Below are positions 10,320-19,287 of a stretch of DNA of 64,000 bases, piece after piece. The translations under genes were made by a program, and so were the position numbers. The notes under the pieces were generated by a model. That model did no database searches. It was given only the letters and a program-made list of their open reading frames with translations, and was not told where the DNA came from. The DNA is from a virus (lineage: Duplodnaviria > Caudoviricetes): the IMG/VR virus record IMGVR_UViG_3300028591_000109, positions 1 through 64,000 of that record; one strand, 5' to 3'. The stretch's first letter is position 1. Every line of letters starts with the position of its first letter.

Positions 10320-10620
10320 GTTACGACCTTGCGGCGGCAAACTTTCTGATAATTGGGCGATTATGCAGGGGTCGTAACTTTTTGGGTAATCTCAGGATAT
10401 TGCTTTTTGTTACGAGGTAGGCTTTTTGTTACCACCCACCGTGAATAGATTGCTTTTTGTTACGAGCCCCGCTGCATGGCTATTGCTTTTTGTTACGACC
10501 TTTATTGCTTTTTGTGCCGACCCCAGCCGGAGAAACGTTGCTATTTGTTACCGGCTTTTATGCTTTTTGTTACCATTCTTATTGCTATTTGTTACGACCT
10601 TTATAGCCTTTTGTTACGAC
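10320..10620. repeat. Iteron array (TTGCTTTTTGTTACGACC consensus), probable origin
   Basis: About 9 direct copies, several ~22 bp apart; inverted GGTCGTAAC copies at ~10370, 10812 and 10888; AT-rich stretch 10660-10770. Confidence 0.8.
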
Positions 10621-10951
10621 CATGTACGTTAACCTGCTGATAATCAATGCCAACTTCGGCCTTATATTATTATAATCTCTATAATCGTTAGAAAAGAATA
10701 AGACATAAAAACAGATATAATAAATATCACTTATATGATTTTCTTTCTGCTCTTAATAAATAGGAAAGCGATATAGCATTTTGCTCCGAACTGTCCGGGC
10801 TGACAGAATGGGGTCGTAACTTTTTGCATAATTTTTGCGGAACAGGCTTTGGGGATCGAATCGCCGAAAGCCCTTTGCCAACGGGAGGGTCGTAACATTT
10901 TCGAGATATTTGCGCCTTGCATCTTAGCGGCTCCGTCGGTATATTACGGTC

Positions 10952-11161
10952 ATGGCAAAGACTTATAAGAACACAACCTCCATAAAGACGGAGGACAAAG
11001 AATACTTGAAGCATGTGTGCGGCGAGTGTAAACGCTGCACACCCGTTACGACATTCAACACACTGACGGTGAAGGACCGGAAGCCCACGCTGGGGCGGTG
11101 TCCGGAAAGTACGTGTAGCGTGCTGCTGTCGCAACGGGCGTGTCCGAAGATCGAGTTGTAG
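10952..11161 (+). CDS. Small Cys-rich (zinc-binding-like) protein
   Basis: CGECKRC...GRCP...ACP; preceded by CGCCTTG-N20-TATATT. Confidence 0.65.
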   Translation: MAKTYKNTTSIKTEDKEYLKHVCGECKRCTPVTTFNTLTVKDRKPTLGRCPESTCSVLLSQRACPKIEL

Positions 11162-11201
11162 GCGGCGAGGTTTGTCCTATTGGAAACTGCCCTACCCTAT
11201 T

Positions 11202-11636
11202 CTACTTACGCCGCTTGGCGGCCACTTTGTCGCGCTCCCAGCCGTACTCGCTGTCGAGGGCGGCGGCTTCGTCGAACTGTTCCTGGGTGATAAGTCCCTC
11301 GGCCAGCAGACCGCGCAGGAACCAGCGGCGGCCTATGTGCTTGATGGTCTGGTTGTAGGCGGGGACATCCTTTGAGTTATACTTCACCTTGATATCGACG
11401 ATCTGCTTGATGCTCTCGGGAATGGCCACGGTGATGAAACATGGTTTCTCGGCGGCTATGCCCGTGGGAGGCTGGGGCGCTTCCTCTGCCCCACCCTGCT
11501 CTTGCGGTTCGGCGGTGACGGATGCGTCAAGTTGCTGGTTGCGCTGCTTCAGACGCTCGCGCAGTTCTATCTGGTTCTCGGTGGTGTCGGTCGCCTGCTT
11601 GCGGCGGTTCCGGCCTGCGTTCATATCGAATGGCAT
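11202..11636 (-). CDS. Small ParA partner (putative centromere-binding, ParG/omega-like)
   Basis: Directly downstream of parA; disordered N-terminus, then FITVAIPESIK beta-helix-helix (RHH-like) pattern. Confidence 0.55.
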   Translation of the reverse strand: MPFDMNAGRNRRKQATDTTENQIELRERLKQRNQQLDASVTAEPQEQGGAEEAPQPPTGIAAEKPCFITVAIPESIKQIVDIKVKYNSKDVPAYNQTIKHIGRRWFLRGLLAEGLITQEQFDEAAALDSEYGWERDKVAAKRRK

Positions 11637-11703
11637 AATCTGATATTCGTTTTAGTTGTGATGTTGTTTATACGATTAGTTGCAATGTTGCAACATAAAA
11701 GAG

Positions 11704-12543
11704 TTACACTGTTGCGTCTTTGAGTTTCTTCTGGATGTCGTTTGCCAACAGGGTGTATTCCTCGGCCACGGGGCAGCTGCTGTCGAAGTCGTAGATGCTG
11801 ACGTGATGGAAGAGCGACTTGCTGACGGCGCTGCGTCGCGAGATGGCCGTGTGGAATATCTGGTCGCCGAACTTCTCGCGCAGTGCCTGCTCCGACTGCT
11901 TGGCCTCGGTGAGGTTGGCCTGTCGCATGGTGATGATGGCACCGAGCACGTCAAGCCGGTCGTTGTCGTTCTGCTGAATGTCGTTCACGTAGGCCAGATA
12001 GTTGTCGAGTCCGTCGATGGCGAACCCTTCGAGCGATATAGGGATGATCAGGGCGGTGGCGGCGATATGCACATTATCGGTGGCGCGTCCGGGATTACCT
12101 GGTGTGTCCATGAGGATGTAGTCGAAGCTGCTGCCCCACTCCGTCAGCCCTTCGCCGGTACGGTCGTCGATGGGGCGCTTGAAGGCACGTGCCAGCATGT
12201 TGCCGGGGTTGCGCAGCATGGTCAACTTACTCTCCACCTCGTCCATGCTGATAGAGCTGGGCGTGTAGTAGAGTCCGCTCTCGTCGCGATAGACGGGGAT
12301 GTCGGCTCCGCGAGTGAGTGTGTCGAAGATGGTGGGATCGCCCTGCAGTTCGCGCTGCGGGTCCCAGTCGGTGCATGAGGTGAGATTGCACTTGTAGTCG
12401 AAGTCCATGACAAGCACGCGGAATCCCTGCAGGCGCAGGGCCGTGGCGAGGTTGAGCGTGGTGGTGGTCTTGCCTACCCCACCCTTGAAGTTGCCGACTG
12501 CTATTAGTCCGTGCAACTGTGTCTTAGCATTTTTCTTTTTCAT
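11704..12543 (-). CDS. parA: ParA/Soj-family partition ATPase
   Basis: Deviant Walker A NFKGGVGKTT; RVLVMDFD; DYILMDTP; no N-terminal HTH (type Ib-like). Confidence 0.9.
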   Translation of the reverse strand: MKKKNAKTQLHGLIAVGNFKGGVGKTTTTLNLATALRLQGFRVLVMDFDYKCNLTSCTDWDPQRELQGDPTIFDTLTRGADIPVYRDESGLYYTPSSISMDEVESKLTMLRNPGNMLARAFKRPIDDRTGEGLTEWGSSFDYILMDTPGNPGRATDNVHIAATALIIPISLEGFAIDGLDNYLAYVNDIQQNDNDRLDVLGAIITMRQANLTEAKQSEQALREKFGDQIFHTAISRRSAVSKSLFHHVSIYDFDSSCPVAEEYTLLANDIQKKLKDATV

Positions 12544-12574
12544 TGTCGTGTAGCTTTTATATATTTATAAATAA

Positions 12575-13110
12575 TGTTGTGTAGTTGCCGTTATGTTCTG
12601 TTGCAATGTTGCAAGGTTACGTCTTTGCAGGGTTGTAGCATCGTCCTGCTGTCGTGCTGTCCTGTTGCGCTGCTGCTGCATTGCAGTTTTGCGGTGTTGC
12701 GTTGTCGCTCTGCCGCCGTGTTGTAGCATCTTTCTGCTGTTACTCTGCCGTGTTGCAACTAATCTGTGTTGTTACAGTGTGCAGCGTCAGTGTTGCAGTG
12801 TTACGTCTTCGCGGTGCAGCGGTGTTGCGCTGGCAATGTGTTGCAATGTTGCAATGCAGCGATGGAACGCTGTTGCTTTGTTGCGGTGTCACAATGTTGT
12901 GGATTTGTGTATATCCGTTGTAGCGAGTGCAAAGATAGGAATTTATTTTGAAACTACAAAGAAAATTAGGAAAAATGTTGCAAAGAGGCAGCAGAAAATT
13001 GGAAAAGTGTTGTAACAACGCAATGAGGCAGCATAAAATAGTAACAATGTTGCAAAGTTATTCTGTGGCGGTGTTGCCGTTATAATGTGTTGCAATGTTG
13101 CAACAGAATA
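12575..13110. repeat. Degenerate TGTTGC(A) heptad array around the parA promoter (candidate centromere)
   Basis: Many TGTTGC/TGTTGCAA/GTTGT units at ~8-bp spacing on both sides of TATCTTTG (~12930, minus); more copies at ~11655-11720. Confidence 0.65.
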
Positions 13111-13165
13111 ATATTATTCCCTCGCAAAACATCTTCCATCAACCATCACACATCAGCCATCTTTA

Positions 13166-13327
13166 CCTGCCTTGACTTTGCCGAGTGCAGGCTTCACCTC
13201 AGCATAGATTGCAAGCACTGCTTGCGTCTATGCTCTCGGTTCGCACTGCCCTTGGCTTTGCCGAGAGCAGTCACGCTCTGGAAAGCTCATTCAAGCATGG
13301 CTTTCCTCTCGCTTAACCCTGCCCTTG
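13166..13327 (+). mobile_element. Two tandem palindromic REP/MITE-like inserts bounded by CTGCC(C)TTG duplications
   Basis: First unit nearly identical to 22345-22434; internal hairpin GCATAGA.GCAAGC...GCTTGC.TCTATGC. Confidence 0.55.
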
Positions 13328-13447
13328 CTTTTGGATTGTGGCTATTGTATTTTGGGCAAAAAGACAAATTTGCGATTAAGCGAAGGCCGTGATGTTTGCA
13401 TCGACGGCTGAGCGTGAGCAAGTTCAAACGAAGTTTAAAACGGCGAT

Positions 13448-14764
13448 ATGATCAAGAAGATACTTGTACGCGACTACCTGAAAGGGTATGGAGAAATGAC
13501 GGCGGAGGAGCGCAAAGCGTTCGTCGGCAGGGTGGGGGAGTGGCTGACCTCCGACGGGGCGCGGCTGCTGGAGATCACCGACAGGCCGATGGCGAAGAGC
13601 CAGAGCCTGATGACGATCACGACACGGTGGACGGCGGAGGACACCAAGGCGGTGACGGATGGCATCATGCTGATGTCGGCGCTTGTCGGCGTGGCCGATA
13701 CGTGGCTGCCGACGCAGATTTATATGCGGTCGGCGTATCGGGCCGTGAGGCAGGTGTATATCATTCTGAATAGCTTGATTGGTGTCGGCGCGAAAGGAAA
13801 GGCCGACGGACTGAATGTGACGATAAATCCGATAACTGGGGCCCCGATGTTGCCGCCAAAGGTAGTAACGCGGGGTAATGGAAAGACTTCTGAAACAGCT
13901 GCACGACTACAAGACAAAGGGTGGCAGGGACATCTTCAGCCTGTTCCGGAGATGAAGAAACTGCCGAAGGCTGAACAGATGACGAAACATCCTGGAATTG
14001 AAAAGGGGAGCGGCGTCGCTCTACAACCTCTGGCCAAAAGCGCCGCCGGAGCCGGAGCGGGCAAACCGCAGGCACTCCCCTCTTCTGTTGTTGACACAGG
14101 CCAGACTGAGAAGCCGCTGCCGATGATTAAGACCGTCGGCAAGGAGTATGACGCGGCGACGGACACGGTGAGGGTGCAGTGCGCTGTGGTGCCGGCACGT
14201 CCGAGGCATATCGACCAGTACGTTCACCTGCTGCCGAAGGCGACGCAGGAGCGGGCTGCGGGATATGGGGAACTGATGCGGCAGTACGGCGAGGCGCGCG
14301 ACAATATGCAACTGCTGATGGACGACGACCATGCGAGCGCAAAGAGCCGCGAGCAGTGGGCAAAGCAGGCGACGAAGATTGACAAGAAGATACGGGCGCT
14401 AAAGGAAGAGCTGGACCGGGAGTGGGATAAGGTGGCGGAGAGCGGGCGCGTCCGCACGGATGCCTTCGGCAACGCTTTCCTGGTTCCCGACGGAGAATCG
14501 TCGAACACGACGGCTGACGGAGAAGGCGGGGAGCAGGAGCCTGTGGAACTTACCAGCGAGCAGAAGAAGCGACGCAGGGAGCTGCGGAAGTGGCTTATTG
14601 ATCTGCGACGTGGCAAGGAGGGAAAGGACAGGGAGAAGCGCATCGAGCAGTGGCGCGTGAACTGGCAGGAATATCTGACGCTGGAGCCGAGGGAGAAGGC
14701 TCTGGAGGACGAGAAAATCTTGGAAGCAGCAAAGCACTTCGGAATCAAGTTAAGTGAAGAGTGA
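13448..14764 (+). CDS. Hypothetical phage protein (438 aa, helical domains with a Pro/Lys linker)
   Basis: Long ORF with GCGATATG start context, downstream of GCCCTTG-N20-TATTTT. Confidence 0.75.
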   Translation: MIKKILVRDYLKGYGEMTAEERKAFVGRVGEWLTSDGARLLEITDRPMAKSQSLMTITTRWTAEDTKAVTDGIMLMSALVGVADTWLPTQIYMRSAYRAVRQVYIILNSLIGVGAKGKADGLNVTINPITGAPMLPPKVVTRGNGKTSETAARLQDKGWQGHLQPVPEMKKLPKAEQMTKHPGIEKGSGVALQPLAKSAAGAGAGKPQALPSSVVDTGQTEKPLPMIKTVGKEYDAATDTVRVQCAVVPARPRHIDQYVHLLPKATQERAAGYGELMRQYGEARDNMQLLMDDDHASAKSREQWAKQATKIDKKIRALKEELDREWDKVAESGRVRTDAFGNAFLVPDGESSNTTADGEGGEQEPVELTSEQKKRRRELRKWLIDLRRGKEGKDREKRIEQWRVNWQEYLTLEPREKALEDEKILEAAKHFGIKLSEE

Positions 14765-14956
14765 AAAGTGAAGAGTGAAGAATTTGCTTCCGCTCGGAGA
14801 AATAAGCGGTTCGACTCCGCTCGCTGGCCGAGGTTCGGTAAGTGCAGACACAGGTTCGATTCCTGTCATCCAAACGGATGTGCTGGTGCGTACTGAGGCC
14901 ATTTCTTTTTAAACACAAATTATCACGAATTATTCATCAATAAAACATTAGGCGAT

Positions 14957-15232
14957 ATGGAAGAAAAGAAAATGAGCATTCTCGACCAGTATATGTTCGC
15001 CTGGTCGGTACTGAGCGACGAGACGATTATTGGAAGAGACCGCATGACGGCAGAAGAACAGAATGCCGTAGAGGTCACGATGACGTATCTCACCAAGAGG
15101 TATATGGACCGGGCAATGTCGGTCCTGCGCTGCGGAACAAAGAAAGACGACCCTGTATTGGAATTTACCAACGACGTGCTCAGACAGCGTATCATGGAGT
15201 TCAATGAACACCTGAAGCGGGAGAAAGAATAA
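14957..15232 (+). CDS. Hypothetical protein
   Basis: ORF with GCGATATG start context. Confidence 0.7.
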   Translation: MEEKKMSILDQYMFAWSVLSDETIIGRDRMTAEEQNAVEVTMTYLTKRYMDRAMSVLRCGTKKDDPVLEFTNDVLRQRIMEFNEHLKREKE

Positions 15233-15239
15233 CACGGAC

Positions 15240-15310
15240 AGGAGATTGGTGTAATGGCAGCACATGAGATTCTGACTCTCAGGGCAGGGGTTCGAGCCCT
15301 CTATCTCCTA
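15240..15310 (+). tRNA. tRNA-Gln(CTG)
   Basis: AGGAGAT/ATCTCCT acceptor stem; D-arm TGGTGTAATGGCAGCAC; anticodon arm TGAGA-TTCTGAC-TCTCA; T-loop GGTTCGAG. Confidence 0.85.
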
Positions 15311-15335
15311 CAGATAACACAAAACGGAATAGACT

Positions 15336-15905
15336 ATGACTTTTCATTCGATAGTGCGCAGTTGGTGTAAAAGATATCCGCCGATGCGCGACAGGAAGAA
15401 GAACCGACGGTTCTATATCGCCAAAAGCATCGACGGCGTGAGGTCGATGCCAAAGAACATTTCGACGAAGTTCTCGCCCTGCGTCGTGATGGAGGCTGGG
15501 GAACAGGGCGAGATAGACGGCGGACTGGCAACGTGGAACTACCCTGTGTATTTCTTCGTGAGGGCAGAGCGGCTGGAGGACAGCGACGCGCTGGCGGTGG
15601 CGTATAAGGAGGCAACGTATCACGCGATGCGCTTCTATGCGTGGCTGAAGAGAAGACACGAGGAGGATTCGCCGAACGGAGATTTCGGGCGCATCAATCT
15701 GGAAGACCGCCTGTACGTGGAGCCAATAGGGCCTCTGGAGGACGGCTGGGCTGCTGAGATGATACAATTTGAGCGCATGGAGCCGATAGAACTCTGCGTG
15801 GATGACGAGCTTGACCCGGAGGACTTTATGCCGGAGGATGAAGATGACGGCGAGCAGTCCGACGGAGATGCGCCGGGCACGGAGGCGGACGGCGAGCAGG
15901 GATAG
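15336..15905 (+). CDS. Hypothetical protein, possibly a tail-completion/terminator-like virion protein
   Basis: 189-aa ORF with an acidic tail; the structural role is inference only. Confidence 0.55.
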   Translation: MTFHSIVRSWCKRYPPMRDRKKNRRFYIAKSIDGVRSMPKNISTKFSPCVVMEAGEQGEIDGGLATWNYPVYFFVRAERLEDSDALAVAYKEATYHAMRFYAWLKRRHEEDSPNGDFGRINLEDRLYVEPIGPLEDGWAAEMIQFERMEPIELCVDDELDPEDFMPEDEDDGEQSDGDAPGTEADGEQG

Positions 15906-15952
15906 GAGCTGCGGCACTGCTGCAGCATACGGAACGAGAAACGGAATAGACG

Positions 15953-16297
15953 ATGGCACAGAACGACGGAGAAGAAAAGACGCCGCTGAAGGTGACGGAC
16001 ATCGACGCACTGAAGGAGAATGTGAGGATGGCGGTGGATGAGTTTGCCGAAAGGTGGATCTCGATGCCGGGGTTCGGACTTGACGTTGAAGTGATGAGCG
16101 TGAGCCAGTTGCGGGATGCTATGGGGCTCAGGGCCTCTATCGACTGGGGCGACCCGTGGCCAGCAGCGGAGAAGGAACTGATAGAGCATGGCTTCCGCTG
16201 GCACTGGCTTGGCGGGCAGCGGGTGATGTATCTCCGCGAGAGGGATGACTTCGTGCCGAATACGGGGTGGAGCGATGCGGAGGAGGTGAAGGTATGA
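15953..16297 (+). CDS. Hypothetical protein, paralog of 19288-19629
   Basis: Shares QLRDAMGLR and RVMxLRERDDF...GW..AEEV. Confidence 0.75.
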   Translation: MAQNDGEEKTPLKVTDIDALKENVRMAVDEFAERWISMPGFGLDVEVMSVSQLRDAMGLRASIDWGDPWPAAEKELIEHGFRWHWLGGQRVMYLRERDDFVPNTGWSDAEEVKV

Positions 16298-16452
16298 AAG
16301 ACTTTACGATGAAAGGACCGGTAAGATTCGCCTGCAAGCGCGACGCCCATCCGAGAAGGGGGCAGATGAACTGGTGGGAGGATATGGGCTACTATAAGTC
16401 TAAGACGGCCAAACGGCAGAAGTTGAAAAAAGACATAGAAAGAGATCTTTGA
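16294..16452 (+). CDS. Small basic hypothetical protein (MKDFTMKG...)
   Basis: ATGA overlap with the upstream stop. Confidence 0.55.
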   Translation: MKDFTMKGPVRFACKRDAHPRRGQMNWWEDMGYYKSKTAKRQKLKKDIERDL

Positions 16453-16460
16453 AAACATTG

Positions 16461-16767
16461 GGGGGTATTCTGGTTTTGATTGCTGATGGAAGGCAAGGAA
16501 TCGTGCAGGCAGTCATGCCTTGAAATGGCAGAACAAATAAACGCTAAGGTTGTCGATATGACTCCCCGCGCCCAGATGCTGGCAGCAGCATAAGCGCCTC
16601 GCGGGTGGCTTGCGAAGGAACATAAAGGCCACGGCTCACGTTTTCCGCGTTTTCTCAAAATGCGGTGGTGGAACGCTCGCCCGACAAGAGTCTGGTCAGC
16701 CCCGACGCACGTGATGAAGTTCCTATAATAAGTCAGTAAGACGAGGGTTCGACTCCCTCTACCTCCA
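16461..16767 (+). ncRNA. ssrA: tmRNA (tag peptide AKVVDMTPRAQMLAAA)
   Basis: GGGGGTA/TACCTCC-A acceptor stem with G3:U70; 5' TTCTGGTTTTGA; 3' T-arm GAGGGTTCGACTCCCTC; tag ORF 16543-16593 after AATAAAC ending in LAAA-stop. Confidence 0.9.
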
Positions 16768-16817
16768 CGAATAAACCGGGTTTCGGCCCATAGTATTAAC
16801 TTAATTTTTATGCAACG

Positions 16818-17501
16818 ATGAAAAAGGATTTTTTCGCAAAAGTGATGGGGGTGCTGCTGTTGGCAGTGATGGCCCTCGTGTGCAGCTGTAGCTCCTGCAA
16901 GGGAGAGACGGCTAAGATTGACGACCCCGTGGTGGTGTACCATGACTACGACGGCGTGGTGCAGGACTTTACGGCTGGTGTGGGCCATATCCAGGCGCTG
17001 CACAGGCAGACGATGTACGGGCTGATTCAGCATCTGCAGGACGAGGGGCACACGATTGACCCGAACGGCAAGTACCAGTGGCGCAACAGCCTCGTGATAC
17101 TGAACGACACGGTGACGATGGAGAACGTCGACGACCTGCACGTGGTCAGCATCAGGGATGTATTCTTCTACTGGGACAACCAGCGCGGCCCGCAGGTGCA
17201 GTATATCACCGACCACGTAAAGTACGGCACGCAAATCCCCTGGCCTATCAACGACGTGTGGATTGAGGACAAGGACATGAGCGACAAGCCTATCAAACTC
17301 AGTGCCGAGCAGGCTCTCATGCGACTGAAGGAATGGAACGGTATTCTTCCCAAGGACTGCAACTTTATCATTCTGCGTCTTCCCGTTGGCCCCAAGGATT
17401 GTAACCCTCAATGGACTTTCGGCGACGTGGACGACGTGCTGTTTATCGACGCGGTGACGGGCGAAATCAGAGATTACGACCCGGCCTTCTCGCGACAATA
17501 A
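16818..17501 (+). CDS. Lipoprotein with PepSY-like C-terminus
   Basis: Signal peptide with CSCSSC; C-terminal WTFG...LFIDAVTGEI. Confidence 0.7.
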   Translation: MKKDFFAKVMGVLLLAVMALVCSCSSCKGETAKIDDPVVVYHDYDGVVQDFTAGVGHIQALHRQTMYGLIQHLQDEGHTIDPNGKYQWRNSLVILNDTVTMENVDDLHVVSIRDVFFYWDNQRGPQVQYITDHVKYGTQIPWPINDVWIEDKDMSDKPIKLSAEQALMRLKEWNGILPKDCNFIILRLPVGPKDCNPQWTFGDVDDVLFIDAVTGEIRDYDPAFSRQ

Positions 17502-17678
17502 CGGGGATGGGCGATATAGTTCCACGACGGGACTGACAACGACCCATCCCCATAAAAGGCTCGACGGTCTCTAAAACCGTGACGAGCTACTTTTGGCAAA
17601 CTTAATACTACCGCAGCGGCCGTGCCGCCTTGTTATCCTCGGCATGGGCCGCTGCGACTTTAGCAACACAAGGACAAT

Positions 17679-18300
17679 ATGGCAAGAAAGAGAATCAGCA
17701 AGCAACCTATCTACGACCTCGCCGGGCGCTGCATCGGCTACGAGGCCCCGGAGAAAGACATCCGCATTATCGAGTGCGAGAAGTGTCAGGCCGACCGTAT
17801 CATCTGTCAGCACCACTATTCGCATAAGGTAACAAAGAACTCTTTTGTGTCGCTGCTGGTTTTCTATATGGGGGGGGGTAGAAGGTGCTTTGCAATGCGG
17901 TTACGGCATACGCCCGAAGATAAAGGGCGAGTACAAGCCAGACGAGGTGCGCGAGTTCGACCGCATGTGGCTGTCGGACGTAATGCCGAAGTTCAGCGAA
18001 ACCATCACCCTCTCGCTCTTTCATCACTACATGCGTCTGGCCCACCCAGAGGTGAAGGTACTCATCTCCTACGCCGACACCACTGCAGGAAACAATGGGA
18101 CTATCTATCGGGCTGCCAACTATGAACTGATAGACAGGCTGCGGGCGGATTTCTACCTCCTGCCTTCTGGCGAGCGTGTGCATCCCGTCTCAATGTGGCA
18201 CCGCCACGGCACACGTGCATGGGATTTCCTGCAACGGCAATACCCCGGCATCGTGCATATCAGGGACGGCGAACAGTTGAAATTCATCAAGCGACTATAA
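17679..18300 (+). pseudogene. Mom-like (GNAT) adenine-modification gene frameshifted at a G9 tract
   Basis: First frame has IICQHHYSHK; second frame has EFDRMWL..P..SE and LISYAD..GNNGTIYRAANY; junction at poly-G 17870-17878; G8 would fuse the frames. Confidence 0.75.
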
Positions 18301-18318
18301 CACAAACACAAAAACAAT

Positions 18319-19107
18319 ATGGCAAAGACTTATAAGAAAGGAAGCAAGGGTGGGGGAGTAGAGATGCTGCAGCGGCTGCTGCAGGAGCGGGGCTACCAGC
18401 TGACGGCTGACGGCGACTACGGCCCCAGGACGGTGGCGGCGGTGACGGCGTTCCAGCAGGCGGAGGAACTGGTGGCCGACGGCATAGCGGGACGGAAGAC
18501 GATGGCGCGGCTGGCGGGGGTGACGCTGACGGAGGCGTTCATCCGTCAGCACATCACGTTTGCACCGGGGCGGGCGGTGAACTACATCGCCATCCACTAC
18601 ACCGCCGGGAGCCGTAGCACACGCGGGGCGGCGAAGGCCAACCGCGACGTGTTCACCAAGCGCCCTGCGAGCGCCGACTTCGTGGTGGACGACGAGCAGA
18701 CTATTCAGGTGAACCCCGACATCGACAGCTACTACTGCTGGGCAGTGGGCGACAAGCGGAATCCCTGGACGGGCGGCGCACGGCTCAGCGGTAAGGCTAC
18801 GAACCGCAACACCGTCAGCATTGAGATGTGCTCCACGCTCAGCAAGGGTACGTCGGCATCGGCTCCCAACCATGAGGGCTGGACGCTGAGCGACGCCGTG
18901 ATAGCGAGGACGCTGCGCCTGGTGCGCTACCTGATGATGGCCTACGACATACCCCGCGAGCGCGTCGTGCGCCACTACGACGTGACGGGCAAGCTATGCC
19001 CCGGCGTGCCGGGCTGGAACGACGGCCCGCTGTTCGACACCGCAGGGAAGCAGACAAACCGGAAGAGCGACAGCCACAAGTGGGCGGAGTTCATCGCGGC
19101 GATATGA
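18319..19107 (+). CDS. Endolysin: peptidoglycan-binding domain + Amidase_2 N-acetylmuramoyl-L-alanine amidase
   Basis: DGDYGPRT..AV.AFQ...DGIAG; YIAIHYT, SIEMC, VRHYDVTGKLCPG. Confidence 0.9.
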   Translation: MAKTYKKGSKGGGVEMLQRLLQERGYQLTADGDYGPRTVAAVTAFQQAEELVADGIAGRKTMARLAGVTLTEAFIRQHITFAPGRAVNYIAIHYTAGSRSTRGAAKANRDVFTKRPASADFVVDDEQTIQVNPDIDSYYCWAVGDKRNPWTGGARLSGKATNRNTVSIEMCSTLSKGTSASAPNHEGWTLSDAVIARTLRLVRYLMMAYDIPRERVVRHYDVTGKLCPGVPGWNDGPLFDTAGKQTNRKSDSHKWAEFIAAI

Positions 19108-19287
19108 ACGATGTCCTGACGGACAGAAATTAGAGACTACAGCCTGCCGGCTGGAAATTTATCAAATTTAATCCAAATTATTAAAGACTGGAAAAATTTG
19201 AAACTAATTTGAATAATTTCCCGCGTAGCGGTTTTCTCAAAATTTCTCGGCGCAAGCCGATGACATAAACAACACAACACAAAGGCT

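Noticed and set aside
10320-10620. CRISPR-like array
   Set aside because: Repeats are ~18 bp with 4-30 bp gaps, lie next to rep, and no cas gene is present; iterons fit better
12593-13018. Cys-rich ORFs
   Set aside because: Artefact of translating the TGTTGC repeat array
15240-15310. Possible amber suppressor tRNA or stop-codon recoding
   Set aside because: The anticodon reads CTG (Gln), and TAG ends several intact genes (20394, 24318, 30302); genes are not fragmented in code 11
10952-18340. Identical first 20 nt (ATGGCAAAGACTTATAAGAA) in the Cys-rich gene and the endolysin
   Set aside because: Short and A-rich with no further similarity; chance or shared initiation bias cannot be excluded
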